Assembly (NCBI GenBank): GCA_018238155.1
Contig: JABCTZ010000036.1
Span: 96,001-160,000 of the forward strand
Direction: 5' to 3'
Length of the DNA: 64,000 bases
From: Candidatus Heimdallarchaeota archaeon
Lineage (GTDB): Archaea; Asgardarchaeota; Heimdallarchaeia; JABLTI01
The translations under genes were made by a program, and so were the position numbers. Shown here one piece after another: positions 10,345 through 20,637 of this stretch (positions are counted from its first letter, which is position 1; each line of letters begins with the position of its first letter). The notes beneath the pieces are model-generated. The model was not told the DNA's origin, made no database searches, and saw nothing but the letters and a program-made list of their open reading frames with translations.

Positions 10345-10461
10345 ATTATATACTTTCTTTTCCTTTCTTTTTGTCGATATTAATATGAAAGGTTTTTAAT
10401 GGTGGAGAACCAATAAACCCTAGAGCTAATTAAAAGATTAGTAAATAATGGTGTATTTATT

Positions 10462-11013
10462 ATGTCATTCGGCAGCATTTTGTTAGGCATGTTGGTTGGT
10501 GGAATATTTAGTACGGGTGCAATTATTGGTGCCACCTTCTTAGGACGTTTTGTTCCTTGGTGGGCTGTGCTCCTGATAGGTGCAGCTGGCTGTCTATTCG
10601 GTGGTTTAATTGCAGGAATATTCGCAAAAGGTATTGGTGCTGGAGCTTTAGCAGGATTACTCTCAGGATTGCTTGTCTTTCTAGGTGTATTTTTGTTTGT
10701 TTGGCTTTACTACAAATCAGTAGTAATATCTATGATAGCAAGCGCGAGTAATGTTTCTGAAATCGCAAATGGGTTTGTTGATTTGTTCGGTGCCGGTGGC
10801 ACTCCTGTTGGACAAGCTATGTCTGAGTGGATTACTAGTAATGTTCCTCAAACATCTGATATGGAAGCTTTTGCTAATAGCAACTTCGTTTTCTTTGGTT
10901 TAATTGTTGGCGCTATTTTTGGCGGACTAGCAAGTGTAGTAAATCTATTCACCGGACTCATTGGTGGTATGTTTTCTAGAAAGAAAAGCGACAAATATGA
11001 TTCTTACTATTAA
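10462..11013 (+). CDS. Gly-rich 4-TM membrane protein (DUF5518-like)
   Basis: GGLIAG / GALAGLLSG glycine-zipper TMs. Confidence 0.6.
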   Translation: MSFGSILLGMLVGGIFSTGAIIGATFLGRFVPWWAVLLIGAAGCLFGGLIAGIFAKGIGAGALAGLLSGLLVFLGVFLFVWLYYKSVVISMIASASNVSEIANGFVDLFGAGGTPVGQAMSEWITSNVPQTSDMEAFANSNFVFFGLIVGAIFGGLASVVNLFTGLIGGMFSRKKSDKYDSYY

Positions 11014-11023
11014 AAGAACATCT

Positions 11024-11060
11024 CCGCGGGAAATTCACTCGCGGTATTTCATTCTTTTTA
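11024..11060 (+). terminator. GC hairpin plus T-tract
   Basis: CCGCGGG-AAATTCA-CTCGCGG followed by TATTTCATTCTTTTT. Confidence 0.6.
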
Positions 11061-11144
11061 TTATTTTATAGCTAATAGTTTTTAATGATGTAATTAGAAA
11101 GTAATTGATATAGATTTTAGGTAAAAGTTCCAGGAGTATACAAA

Positions 11145-12200
11145 ATGAGAATTGTTTTTCTATACACAATTTCTAAAGATGCTTACGATTATCTTAAAGA
11201 GAATATTCCGGAGGATATAGAGATAATAGCTCGAATAAAAGAAGAATATTCAGGTAAACAACCAAATCAAGATGTCGAAATTATTGCTGCAACAAAAGAA
11301 GCTGAAATATTAATGGGTCCTTATGTTACTGAAGAAATTCTTGAACAAGCATCACCAAAAAATGGTGGAAAACTAAAATTAATTATCATTCCTTGGACAG
11401 GTATTGATAGACTCAATTTTACTCTATTGAGAAAATATCCCGTTGTAGTTGCGAATAGTCATGGGAATGCTCGAACTGTGGCTGAACATGCAATAGCTCT
11501 TCTTCTTACTGCTACAAAAAATATTATCCATCACGATAAATTGCTTAGAAAAGGTGATTGGGGTTCTAGGTTTAAGCATATGCCTTCAGTAAACATTTTT
11601 GGTAAGACTGTTGGGTTATTGGGTTATGGTGCTATTGGAATAGAATGTGCAAAAATTCTCAGAGGTTTTGATGTTGAAATTATTGGTTGTAGGAGAACCA
11701 TTGAAAAGTCAACTGAAGAGCAAAAAAAACTTGCTGAGAAAATCTACTCAATAAATGAATTAGAGGTATTTCTAAATGAATCAGATATAGTGATTAATTC
11801 TTTACCTCTCACACAAGATACAAGAGATATTCTTAGCAAAAGAGAATTTGAGTGGATGAAAGATGGAGTTATTATTGTCAATGTTGGAAGAGGTGCAACA
11901 ATAAATGAAGAAGCGATTTATAACGCAGTAAAAGAAGGAAAAGTGTTTGCAGCAGGGTTGGATCCACAGTGGAAATATCCACCAAGAGATAAAACTGGAG
12001 AAAGAGATCATACAGAGAAAAACTACCCCTCCAATTTTCCAATACATGAATTTGATCAAGTAGTTCTCAGTCCTCACCGGGCTGCAGATTTAACAGAGGG
12101 ATATGAAAGAAAACATTGGTTTGATGTGGTTGAAAATATTTTAAGAATATATAAAGGTGAAAAACCAACGAATATTGTTGATTTAAACTTAAGCTATTAA
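11145..12200 (+). CDS. D-isomer-specific 2-hydroxyacid dehydrogenase
   Basis: VAEHA, GLLGYGAIG (Rossmann), LPLT, NVGRG, GLD, SPHRA. Confidence 0.9.
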   Translation: MRIVFLYTISKDAYDYLKENIPEDIEIIARIKEEYSGKQPNQDVEIIAATKEAEILMGPYVTEEILEQASPKNGGKLKLIIIPWTGIDRLNFTLLRKYPVVVANSHGNARTVAEHAIALLLTATKNIIHHDKLLRKGDWGSRFKHMPSVNIFGKTVGLLGYGAIGIECAKILRGFDVEIIGCRRTIEKSTEEQKKLAEKIYSINELEVFLNESDIVINSLPLTQDTRDILSKREFEWMKDGVIIVNVGRGATINEEAIYNAVKEGKVFAAGLDPQWKYPPRDKTGERDHTEKNYPSNFPIHEFDQVVLSPHRAADLTEGYERKHWFDVVENILRIYKGEKPTNIVDLNLSY

Positions 12201-12228
12201 AAAAAAGATTGAAAAGAGCCAGTCAGCT

Positions 12229-15200
12229 TTAAACTGCTGGTTCTATTTCTAATTTTGATTTGGATCCATGACCGACCCAACGTTTTAGTATGTACTTTCC
12301 AACAAGGAATTTTATTAGTTCCATTAAGAGTGCAGCAAATATACAAATGCCCATGAGTAAGAACCAATCATAAAGCCCAATTGGCATACTATCAAAGATA
12401 GTATTATTGACACCAAATTCTGCTCCCATTGGAACATAAATGGCAATCATTTGCAGTCCAAGAGCTAATCCAACCGACATCCAAAGCCATTTGTTGTTGA
12501 ATGGATTCATTTTCAATGTTGTTCTTTCAAAACCTGAACGAGTGATAAAGACATTGAACATCTCAAATAAAACAGACATAGTAAAGTTCAATGTTCTTGC
12601 ATGTGCATACCATATTTGAGAACCTATCTGTGTTAACCCAGCTCCTCCGGCATCTAAGCTAGTATGCTTTGTAAATATTAGCGCATAGGATTCTATCCAT
12701 GTACCTTTGTATTTAGCTAAATTTTCTGCTAATGCTATCAAATCTGTTCCTAAGTAATCTCCAGAATTCTCATCATAGATTTCTGCTTGAAAATGAGCTT
12801 CACCAATATAACCTAAAGGAACAAAGACTATCATGCTTGCAGCGAAAGCTAATAAACCTGCAATTATCGAGAAGATATAAATATCTTTCATAAATCCTTC
12901 GTCTTTCTTTCTTGGAGGGTCACGCATTATACCTGCAAAGGGTGGGTCAACACTTAAAGCAATAGCAGGCAGCCCATCAGTTACTAGATTGATCCAAAGA
13001 ATTTGGATAGCTGTATAGGGTGACTTTAAACCTAAGAAAACAACACAAACAAAGACTGTTAGAATTTCATCGAAATTACTTGCGATAAGATATCTGATGA
13101 ACTTGAGCATATTTTGGAAAATTGTTCTTCCTCGTTCCACCGCAGTGACTATTGTTGCGAAATTATCATCTGCTAGAACCATCTGTGCAGCTTCTCGAGT
13201 AACATCTGTACCTTGAATACCCATCGCTATACCAATATCTGCTTTTTTGATTGCTGGAGCATCGTTTACTCCATCACCTGTGGTAGCAACTACATGACCT
13301 TTTTCTTGGAACATACTGACAATTCTGTGTTTATGTTCTGGACTCACTCTGGCAAAGATTGAAACATCTTCAATAATATCGTTTAATTCTTCGTTAGACA
13401 TTGCTTCTAATTCAACACCAGTAACAGTTAACCATTTATCACCTTGAATTAGACCAATATCCTTAGCAATTGCTTCAGCAGTTATTTGTTGATCTCCTGT
13501 AACCATTACTGCAACAATACCCGCAGTCCGACATCTTTCCAAAGCACCTTTGACTTCAGGTCTTGCCGGATCTATTAAACCAACTAACCCAAGGAACACA
13601 AGATCTGTTTCGATATTTGCTTCAAGTTCAGATAGAAAGTCATCTTCATCAACTTTAATCAGTCTTTCATCAACAACTCTGTAAGCAAGTGCTAAGACTC
13701 GTAATGCCCTTGAAGCCATCTCATCATTCATTTCAAGTATCTTTTCTTTAACTCCTTCAGCTAACGGAGACACTTTGCCATCAATAGAAATGAAACTACA
13801 ATGTTCTAACAAAACTGGAGGTGAGCCTTTAGAATAGGCAATGAGATTTTCTTCATGTTCCTTTGAATCAGCAAATCGATTAATAGTGGTCATTCGTTTT
13901 CGTTGAGAATCAAAGAATATTTCTGCTTCTCTTTTATATGATGTTTCATCCAGTAAACCTGCTTTTCTTGCAAGCACCATTAATGAAACTTCAGTAGGAT
14001 CACCAATAATTTCAATCTCATCTGTTTCCTTGTCATAATGTACAATTGAATTATTGCAAAGCAACGAAGTTCGAGCAATCTTTTCTAGCTCGGGTGATTG
14101 TAATGGATTAACTGTTTTACCATCCTCTACAAATTCACCAATGGGTCTGTATCCTTCACCAGTAATTTTAATTAGATGATTTAGTGTTCTGACTTCTACA
14201 ACAGTCATTTCATTTTTAGTTAAAGTACCTGTTTTATCACTACAAATAATATCTACAATACCCAATGTTTCAACTGCCGGTAAACGGGAAACAATGGCAT
14301 TTTGTTTTGCCATCATCCTAACACCGATTGCATAAGTGAGTGTAATAGCTGCTGGCATCCCTTCTGGAATAGCTGAAACTGCTAATGCAATAGCATTTTC
14401 TAAAGCTTCACCCCAATGTTCCCAGCTCAGATCATGAAGTAAAGTAGCTGCGAAAACAATTGCACAAACTACTACTATTGTTAAACCAAGCACTTTACCA
14501 AGTTTATCAAGATTCTTTTGGAGGGGTGTTGCTTCTTCCTTTTCGCTTTGCATTAATGCAGCGATTTTGCCCATTTCAGTTTCCATACCTGTATCAACAA
14601 CAATCGCTTTTGCTCTTCCATAAGTTATTGTCGTACCCATAAAAAGCATATTGCGTCGATCACCAACAACAGCTTCTATGGCTATAAGCTGTTTAGAGTT
14701 TTTACTAAGGCTAACAGATTCACCTGTCAATGCACTCTCATCAACTTTCAAACTGGTAGATTCGAGCAACCTCATGTCTGCAGGAACCTTTTCACCTGCC
14801 TCAATAAGAACAATGTCTCCTACAACAAGGTCTTTCGAATCAATTATGTGTTCATTGTTATTTCGAATAACTCGAACTTCCTTGCTTACCATTTTCTTAA
14901 GTTCTTCTAATGACTTTTCTGCTTGGAACTCTTGAATAAAACCAATTAAACCGTTAATAATAACGATAGCAAAAATTACTCCTGCTTCAATATATTCTTC
15001 AAAAGCAATTGAAACAATTGCAGCAATAAATAGAAGGCCGATTAAGATATCAAAAAACTGACTTAGAAACAGAACTATGAGACTGGTTTTTCCTTTTTCA
15101 ACTAAAACGTTTAGCCCATATTTTTCTACTCTATATGCAATCTCTTTGTCTTCTAACCCATTAATTGGATTGACGTCTAGTTTTTCTATGACTTCTCCGG

Positions 15201-15288
15201 TGTCCATGGCATGATATGCATGGTCTGGACCTGCTTCAGCAATTATACTATCAATATCGTCTTGTTTTTTCTTTTTGTTTCTGAACAT
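12229..15288 (-). CDS. P-type cation (Ca2+) ATPase, P2A/SERCA-like
   Basis: LTGES, IPEGMP, CSDKTGTLT, KGSP, DPAR, TGD, GDGVNDAP, SNFDE, INLVTDGLPA, FEMFN. Confidence 0.95.
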   Translation of the reverse strand: MFRNKKKKQDDIDSIIAEAGPDHAYHAMDTGEVIEKLDVNPINGLEDKEIAYRVEKYGLNVLVEKGKTSLIVLFLSQFFDILIGLLFIAAIVSIAFEEYIEAGVIFAIVIINGLIGFIQEFQAEKSLEELKKMVSKEVRVIRNNNEHIIDSKDLVVGDIVLIEAGEKVPADMRLLESTSLKVDESALTGESVSLSKNSKQLIAIEAVVGDRRNMLFMGTTITYGRAKAIVVDTGMETEMGKIAALMQSEKEEATPLQKNLDKLGKVLGLTIVVVCAIVFAATLLHDLSWEHWGEALENAIALAVSAIPEGMPAAITLTYAIGVRMMAKQNAIVSRLPAVETLGIVDIICSDKTGTLTKNEMTVVEVRTLNHLIKITGEGYRPIGEFVEDGKTVNPLQSPELEKIARTSLLCNNSIVHYDKETDEIEIIGDPTEVSLMVLARKAGLLDETSYKREAEIFFDSQRKRMTTINRFADSKEHEENLIAYSKGSPPVLLEHCSFISIDGKVSPLAEGVKEKILEMNDEMASRALRVLALAYRVVDERLIKVDEDDFLSELEANIETDLVFLGLVGLIDPARPEVKGALERCRTAGIVAVMVTGDQQITAEAIAKDIGLIQGDKWLTVTGVELEAMSNEELNDIIEDVSIFARVSPEHKHRIVSMFQEKGHVVATTGDGVNDAPAIKKADIGIAMGIQGTDVTREAAQMVLADDNFATIVTAVERGRTIFQNMLKFIRYLIASNFDEILTVFVCVVFLGLKSPYTAIQILWINLVTDGLPAIALSVDPPFAGIMRDPPRKKDEGFMKDIYIFSIIAGLLAFAASMIVFVPLGYIGEAHFQAEIYDENSGDYLGTDLIALAENLAKYKGTWIESYALIFTKHTSLDAGGAGLTQIGSQIWYAHARTLNFTMSVLFEMFNVFITRSGFERTTLKMNPFNNKWLWMSVGLALGLQMIAIYVPMGAEFGVNNTIFDSMPIGLYDWFLLMGICIFAALLMELIKFLVGKYILKRWVGHGSKSKLEIEPAV

Positions 15289-15423
15289 TCAGTACAACGC
15301 CTTTGTTAGATATTGAATTGGGTATTACTTAGTTTACCCATTTGATAGACATGTACACCCAATGGTACACTTTTGATTAATCTATTTTATTATCAAAAAA
15401 ATCTTTGAGTAAAAACCTTTCTA

Positions 15424-16077
15424 TCAAAAGAAAAAATTAATTTTTTCTCTAATAATTAACTCAGAGTTAATTATAGTAATTAAAGCGCTTTTGCGTGCTA
15501 ATTCAATAGAATTTGCTGCTACAATCAATACTTTTGTTTGCTTCTGTAATGGTTTGTTAAATAAATTATCCAATTTTAATTCCAAATCCGGAAAGTAATT
15601 CGAAATCTGTATTTCATTTTCTGGGAACTTTATTGTCAAATCATCTGTAATTTCAAAAAACAAAATAGCTTGTGCACCATAAGCAATTGCAATATCTCTT
15701 ATCTTCCAAGAAGAATCTTCATGTTTATCTTTCAAGCATTTTAATGTCACAAAATAATGTTGCTTGTTTTCAAATGCTTGATATTTAAAAACACCATAAT
15801 CATAAAGTCGTTGATTAATCAAATTAATTACTTTCATGCCGTTCTCTGCAAGAGAATGTCCTGTTCTCCCAGGTGTTGTAGATAGAAGATTTTTGCTTTT
15901 ACAATAATTTAGCAAAGATTTTGTACTACTCTCAGATAGAAGTAGCTCCTTTTGAAGTTTATATCTTCCCATTGGCTCTTTCGAAATTAATAATAATGCA
16001 GTAAACAAATCACTGTCTGTGAATTCTGCGCGTGCTCCTCGTTTGCCTGTTTTTATCCATTTAACTATTTTAGACAT
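15424..16077 (-). CDS. Archaeal winged-helix protein (DUF4443-like), putative regulator
   Basis: EPMGRYKLQKELLLSESSTKSLL wHTH; WKIRDIAIAYGA C-terminal domain. Confidence 0.6.
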   Translation of the reverse strand: MSKIVKWIKTGKRGARAEFTDSDLFTALLLISKEPMGRYKLQKELLLSESSTKSLLNYCKSKNLLSTTPGRTGHSLAENGMKVINLINQRLYDYGVFKYQAFENKQHYFVTLKCLKDKHEDSSWKIRDIAIAYGAQAILFFEITDDLTIKFPENEIQISNYFPDLELKLDNLFNKPLQKQTKVLIVAANSIELARKSALITIINSELIIREKINFFF

Positions 16078-16120
16078 AGAGTATCACTTACTAGTTCACT
16101 ATTTTGTTTATTTTTTTCAT

Positions 16121-16630
16121 TTACTTTTTCATCTTTTCGGAATCTTTCACGGAAATAAGTATTACCCAAACAATCCCTACTAAGACGGCTACAGATAAAA
16201 TGCCTATTAGAATAAATAACCAAACTCTAATGGGATGATCTGAAGAATCAGCTGGATCTGTTCCACTCGCTACTTCAAAACCATCATTGAATCTATCTCC
16301 ATCTGTGTCTTCATTCCAAGGATCTGTTCCATGCAAATATTCATCTAAATTTACCAATTCATCAAAATCATAATCTAAAATACTATCATCTCGATTTATA
16401 TCAAGATCATTTTCAATTTCCCAGACATCTGGCATGCCATCTTGATCTGTATCTGTTTCATTTTCATCATTTAAAACAAAGATTATCTGATTTTGATAAT
16501 TAAATTTTAATTGTTCTGAAGTAACTAAAGTAAATTCGTAATCGTTAGAAATACCGGAATGTGTTGTTGAGATAAGAATGGTAAATATCAAAAAAATTGA
16601 TAAGTGAATGAAAGGTTTTTTCATATTCAA
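16121..16630 (-). CDS. Membrane-anchored protein with thrombospondin type-3-like Ca2+-binding repeats
   Basis: DTDQDGMPDVWE, DYDFDELVNLDE..GTDP, DTDGDRFNDGFE..GTDP; signal peptide and C-terminal TM. Confidence 0.8.
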   Translation of the reverse strand: MNMKKPFIHLSIFLIFTILISTTHSGISNDYEFTLVTSEQLKFNYQNQIIFVLNDENETDTDQDGMPDVWEIENDLDINRDDSILDYDFDELVNLDEYLHGTDPWNEDTDGDRFNDGFEVASGTDPADSSDHPIRVWLFILIGILSVAVLVGIVWVILISVKDSEKMKK

Positions 16631-16638
16631 TCATCTTT

Positions 16639-17331
16639 CTAATTTGAAATCACTTCACTTGAATCTCTTTTTACACTCAAAAGAGACCAACATTTCGTTG
16701 TAATTACTAATTCATCTCCTCTTATTTTTCTAAAAGGATAGGCTCGTAACCAACTATCTGCGTTCTCGGTAGCAATTAAAATTACTTCCACACCAAATCT
16801 ACCAACACCACCAATCTTAGTAAAATACAAGTAAAAGCTTTGAATTGCTTTAACTTCAACAATGTTATGGTTGGATATTTCTTTCCACCAGAAGATATTT
16901 CTCCAACTGATTTTTTCCGCCGTAAATTCTACCTTGAAAGTTAGCATACAAATTAATCTGATTATCGTATAAAGAATATCTAAACTGCCAAGAATTATCA
17001 GTACTATAAAAAAAGTATTTTGTGAGAGGAAAATCAATCCGGGAATAAAAAAAGCAAAACCAACAATCATTAAAGGTAAAAATTGTGCAACTAAAAACAA
17101 CCAAAAATCTTTGCCTTCGGTTTTTAAGCTATACCCTTGCTTAATTTTTTTAATAATCTCTTTTTCTTTCTCCTCGCTAATTTCAAGTTTAACAGAATGC
17201 TTCTCAACAAATTTCTGACGTTTTTCATCTACTTCTTTTATTCCTTCTCCACCAGTTAGAGATTCTTTCAGAGAAACTCGTATTTTATCGTTTTTGTTTC
17301 GCTTTTTCTTTTCTCCGCTCACGTTTTGCAC
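16639..17331 (-). CDS. 2-TM membrane protein, PH-like C-terminus
   Basis: Charged N-terminus, two TMs, beta-rich C-terminal domain. Confidence 0.55.
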   Translation of the reverse strand: MQNVSGEKKKRNKNDKIRVSLKESLTGGEGIKEVDEKRQKFVEKHSVKLEISEEKEKEIIKKIKQGYSLKTEGKDFWLFLVAQFLPLMIVGFAFFIPGLIFLSQNTFFIVLIILGSLDILYTIIRLICMLTFKVEFTAEKISWRNIFWWKEISNHNIVEVKAIQSFYLYFTKIGGVGRFGVEVILIATENADSWLRAYPFRKIRGDELVITTKCWSLLSVKRDSSEVISN

Positions 17332-17547
17332 CTTTAGTATGGAAATGATTATCTTATGGCTTTTTTAATGTTAAGTTTATGCTTTTGAAAAGTGTTTCTA
17401 AGCCAATTGAAAAAGATTGATATAAGAAAACTAACAAATTTATCAATTAAATCATTTTTGATAAGCTACTCAAAAATCCTTAATGCTATTCATACGATAA
17501 AATTTTAAGTAGGGTATTCACTCCTTATGTGATATACTTCTGTAAGG

Positions 17548-17808
17548 TTGGAAGATATGGAAGTTCACCAGCACCCTGAGAAAAAACACTTTATTGTAAC
17601 AGATGAAACTAGATGCAAAGGCTGTGGCTTGTGCATAGAGTTTTGCCCGAAAAATTGTCTTGGTTTTTCGGATGACTTGAATGAAAAAGGATGGCGTGTA
17701 TCAAAAATGCATCGAATGAAGGATTGCATTAAATGTTACCTGTGCGAGCGCATGTGTCCTGATTTTGCGATATTCGTGGATGAAAGCGATGTTCCCAAGA
17801 AAAAATGA
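17548..17808 (+). CDS. korD: 2-oxoacid:ferredoxin oxidoreductase delta subunit (2x[4Fe-4S] ferredoxin)
   Basis: CKGCGLCIEFCP and CIKCYLCERMCPDFAI; first gene of the OFOR operon. Confidence 0.85.
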   Translation: MEDMEVHQHPEKKHFIVTDETRCKGCGLCIEFCPKNCLGFSDDLNEKGWRVSKMHRMKDCIKCYLCERMCPDFAIFVDESDVPKKK

Positions 17809-17857
17809 TTACTTGTTCAAGGAGAAAAAAGAACGATATAATTAGGAGAAAAAGTTC

Positions 17858-19027
17858 GTGGTAGTAGATAAACAACCAAAGGTTTTGACTGGAACCTACT
17901 TTAAAAATGGTAATTGGGGTATAGTTGAAGGAGCAATTGCAAGTGGTATTGCCGAATTTTTTGCTTATCCCATTTCCCCCGCTTCTGAGATTGTTGAATA
18001 TATCAGTTTTCGTTTACCTGCTGTTGGAGGAAAAGCAGCCTTCATTGTAGAAGACGAAATCGCTTCGATAAATATGTGTGTTGGCGCATCTTGGGCAGGT
18101 TCTAAAGTTATGACAACAACATCCGGACCTGGTTTTTCACTTAAACAAGAAGGAATTGGTCTTGCATATATGACTGAGACGCCGATTGTAATTGTCAATG
18201 TTCAAAGAGGAGGACCTGCTACAGGTTTGCCTACATTTTCTGCACAAGGAGATTATATGCAAGTTCAATTTGGATCTCATGGTGATTATCCTGCAGTTGC
18301 ATTGACTCCATGGTCTGTGCAAGAGTGCTTTATTTTAACAATTGAAGCTTTTAATTTATCAGAACAGCTTCGCTCACCTGTTATTCTACTTGTAGATGGT
18401 GAAATAAGTAGAATGATGGAAGAGATTACAATTCCTGAGAAAGAAGAAATAAAAGTTCTTGATAGAAAAACTCCTCCAAAAGGAACTGATAAATCTAAAT
18501 TTAATCAATTTGATGCTAGAAATGAACCTGATTTGGTCCCACCAATGGCTCATTTTGGTGATGGCTATAAAATATTTGGAACAGGATTAACTCACAAGAT
18601 TGATGGTGTTCCTCTCTTAGATGAAGATTTACATACAGAGTTAATGAGTAGGTTATTTAAGAAAATTGAAATAAATAGCTACCTATTTCCAGAGCCTGAA
18701 TATCATCTTGTTGATGATGCTGAGGTTGTAGTCGTTGCAACAGGTATCGTTGCCAGATCGGCTTTGGAAGCAATTAATAAAGCGAGAGAAAAAGGCATTA
18801 AAGCGGGATTGATGCGGTTAATAACCGTCTGGCCATTCCCTGAAGAAGCAATGGAAAAAGTGGCTCAAAAAACAAATTTGATCGTTGCAGAAATGAGTAT
18901 GGGTCAGTTAATTTGGCCTGTAGAACGATTTGCACGAAAGAAATGCAAATTGGTTTCAAGGATTGGTGGAACACCTCCAACTCCAAAACAGATTCTAGAA
19001 GCAATAGAAGAAGAAATAACAAAATGA
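17858..19027 (+). CDS. korA: 2-oxoacid:ferredoxin oxidoreductase alpha subunit
   Basis: YPISPASE, EDEIAS, TSGPGFSL, VQRGGPATGLPT. Confidence 0.9.
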   Translation: MVVDKQPKVLTGTYFKNGNWGIVEGAIASGIAEFFAYPISPASEIVEYISFRLPAVGGKAAFIVEDEIASINMCVGASWAGSKVMTTTSGPGFSLKQEGIGLAYMTETPIVIVNVQRGGPATGLPTFSAQGDYMQVQFGSHGDYPAVALTPWSVQECFILTIEAFNLSEQLRSPVILLVDGEISRMMEEITIPEKEEIKVLDRKTPPKGTDKSKFNQFDARNEPDLVPPMAHFGDGYKIFGTGLTHKIDGVPLLDEDLHTELMSRLFKKIEINSYLFPEPEYHLVDDAEVVVVATGIVARSALEAINKAREKGIKAGLMRLITVWPFPEEAMEKVAQKTNLIVAEMSMGQLIWPVERFARKKCKLVSRIGGTPPTPKQILEAIEEEITK

Positions 19028-19037
19028 AGGTGAAATA

Positions 19038-19946
19038 ATGGTTGCAAAAGAACTCGAAATTGATACAAGCACTCTAGTGAAAAAACCAAAGATTAAATTG
19101 CAACATACTCATGAAGATCTCTTGCGAAAAAAAGCCATCCCAACTATTTATTGTCCTGGGTGTGGTATAGGCACAACAATAAATGCATTTCTGGAAGCAA
19201 TTACTAAATATACTATTATTCCTCATAATGATATTATAGTAGTAAGTGGTATTGGTTGTACTGGTAGAGCAAGTGGGTATGTGAACCTTGATGGTTTTCA
19301 TGCATTACATGGTAGAGCAATCCCATTTGCATCTGGAGTAGAGATTGCAAAACCAAAGATGAAACCAGTTATTATTTCTGGTGACGGAGATTTGTTCTCA
19401 ATTGGGTTGGGACATTTGGCTCATGCTGCGAGAAGAAATATCGATATGACTGTTATTTGTGTCAATAATGCAATTTATGGTTTAACTGGAGGACAAGATG
19501 CGCCAACAACTCCCGTAGGAGCAAAAACTAAAACAACTCCATATGGGAAAATTTCATTTCCATTCAATTTATCGCATATTGCTATTGCAAATGGTGCAAC
19601 ATTTTGTGCACGTTATACTGTTTATGAGTTTGTTCAACTCGCAAAAGCAATTGGTAGAGGGATGACCCATCAAGGATTTTCATTTATTGAAGTGATTTCA
19701 AATTGTCATGTTAATTTTGGTCGGAGAAACAATCTTGGCGATTCAATCGCAATGCGTAAGATGTTTAAAGAAGTGCGAGTACCGATGAAAGAAACAGATA
19801 TTGGTCTTGATATTCACAAGACTGACATCAAATTTGAAGTTGGCAAAGGATTTACACGAATCCCAACTGGGATTTTCTTAAATGAAAGAGATAAACCGGA
19901 AGAATTTTCGGAGAGGATTATTGATGCCTACGAATTCAACAAATAA
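19038..19946 (+). CDS. korB: 2-oxoacid:ferredoxin oxidoreductase beta subunit (TPP-binding)
   Basis: CPGCG, SGIGC, HGRA, GDGD...NN.IYGLTGGQ. Confidence 0.9.
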   Translation: MVAKELEIDTSTLVKKPKIKLQHTHEDLLRKKAIPTIYCPGCGIGTTINAFLEAITKYTIIPHNDIIVVSGIGCTGRASGYVNLDGFHALHGRAIPFASGVEIAKPKMKPVIISGDGDLFSIGLGHLAHAARRNIDMTVICVNNAIYGLTGGQDAPTTPVGAKTKTTPYGKISFPFNLSHIAIANGATFCARYTVYEFVQLAKAIGRGMTHQGFSFIEVISNCHVNFGRRNNLGDSIAMRKMFKEVRVPMKETDIGLDIHKTDIKFEVGKGFTRIPTGIFLNERDKPEEFSERIIDAYEFNK

Positions 19947-20520
19947 TTGTGATATAAATATTATGATAAGAGGTATTGGTGGTCAAGGTGTCAAACTAGT
20001 TGGCACTATTATTGGTCAAGCTGCCATATATGATAAAAGACATGCAGTTCAAAGTATGAAATATGGTTCAGCTATTACGGGCGGAGAAACACGTAGTGAA
20101 ATAAAAGTTTCTACAAAAAAAATCATTTATCCTCGTGTTACAGAAATCGACGTTTATGTAGCGCTCACACAAGATGATTTAGATAAATATTTTGAATCTG
20201 TCGTGTACATCGCTGGTAAAGAAGTTGCAAGAAATGTTCCTAAAGCAATAAAAGATAAAACACTAATGGTACCACTGCTAACAATTGCTGAACAAGTAGG
20301 CAATATTCGAGCTGCAAATTTAGTTCTCGCAGGTGTACTTAATCAATTATTTAATCTTGCTTCTCAAGAATCGTTCATAAAATCAATTGAATATCTTCTC
20401 CCAATAAAACATCACAAGGTCAATGTTGAAGCATTTAAAATGGGTGAAAAATACGATTTATCTCAAGACAATAACCACTCAATTATAGAACAAGCAGATA
20501 TTTGTAAGATTATCGAATAA
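19924..20520 (+). CDS. korC: 2-oxoacid:ferredoxin oxidoreductase gamma subunit
   Basis: GIGGQG, YGSAITGG; ATG 19924 with a GGAGAGG RBS is preferred over 19882. Confidence 0.85.
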   Translation: MPTNSTNNCDINIMIRGIGGQGVKLVGTIIGQAAIYDKRHAVQSMKYGSAITGGETRSEIKVSTKKIIYPRVTEIDVYVALTQDDLDKYFESVVYIAGKEVARNVPKAIKDKTLMVPLLTIAEQVGNIRAANLVLAGVLNQLFNLASQESFIKSIEYLLPIKHHKVNVEAFKMGEKYDLSQDNNHSIIEQADICKIIE

Positions 20521-20637
20521 AAAAAATTGGCGGGGAGTTTATTTCCCTTTCTTCTTTTTGTTTCTAAAATTTAGTAGCATTTTATCTAGTGTAGATAAAC
20601 TATCAAACTAAAGAATACTGGGAAATAGAAAATGAAT

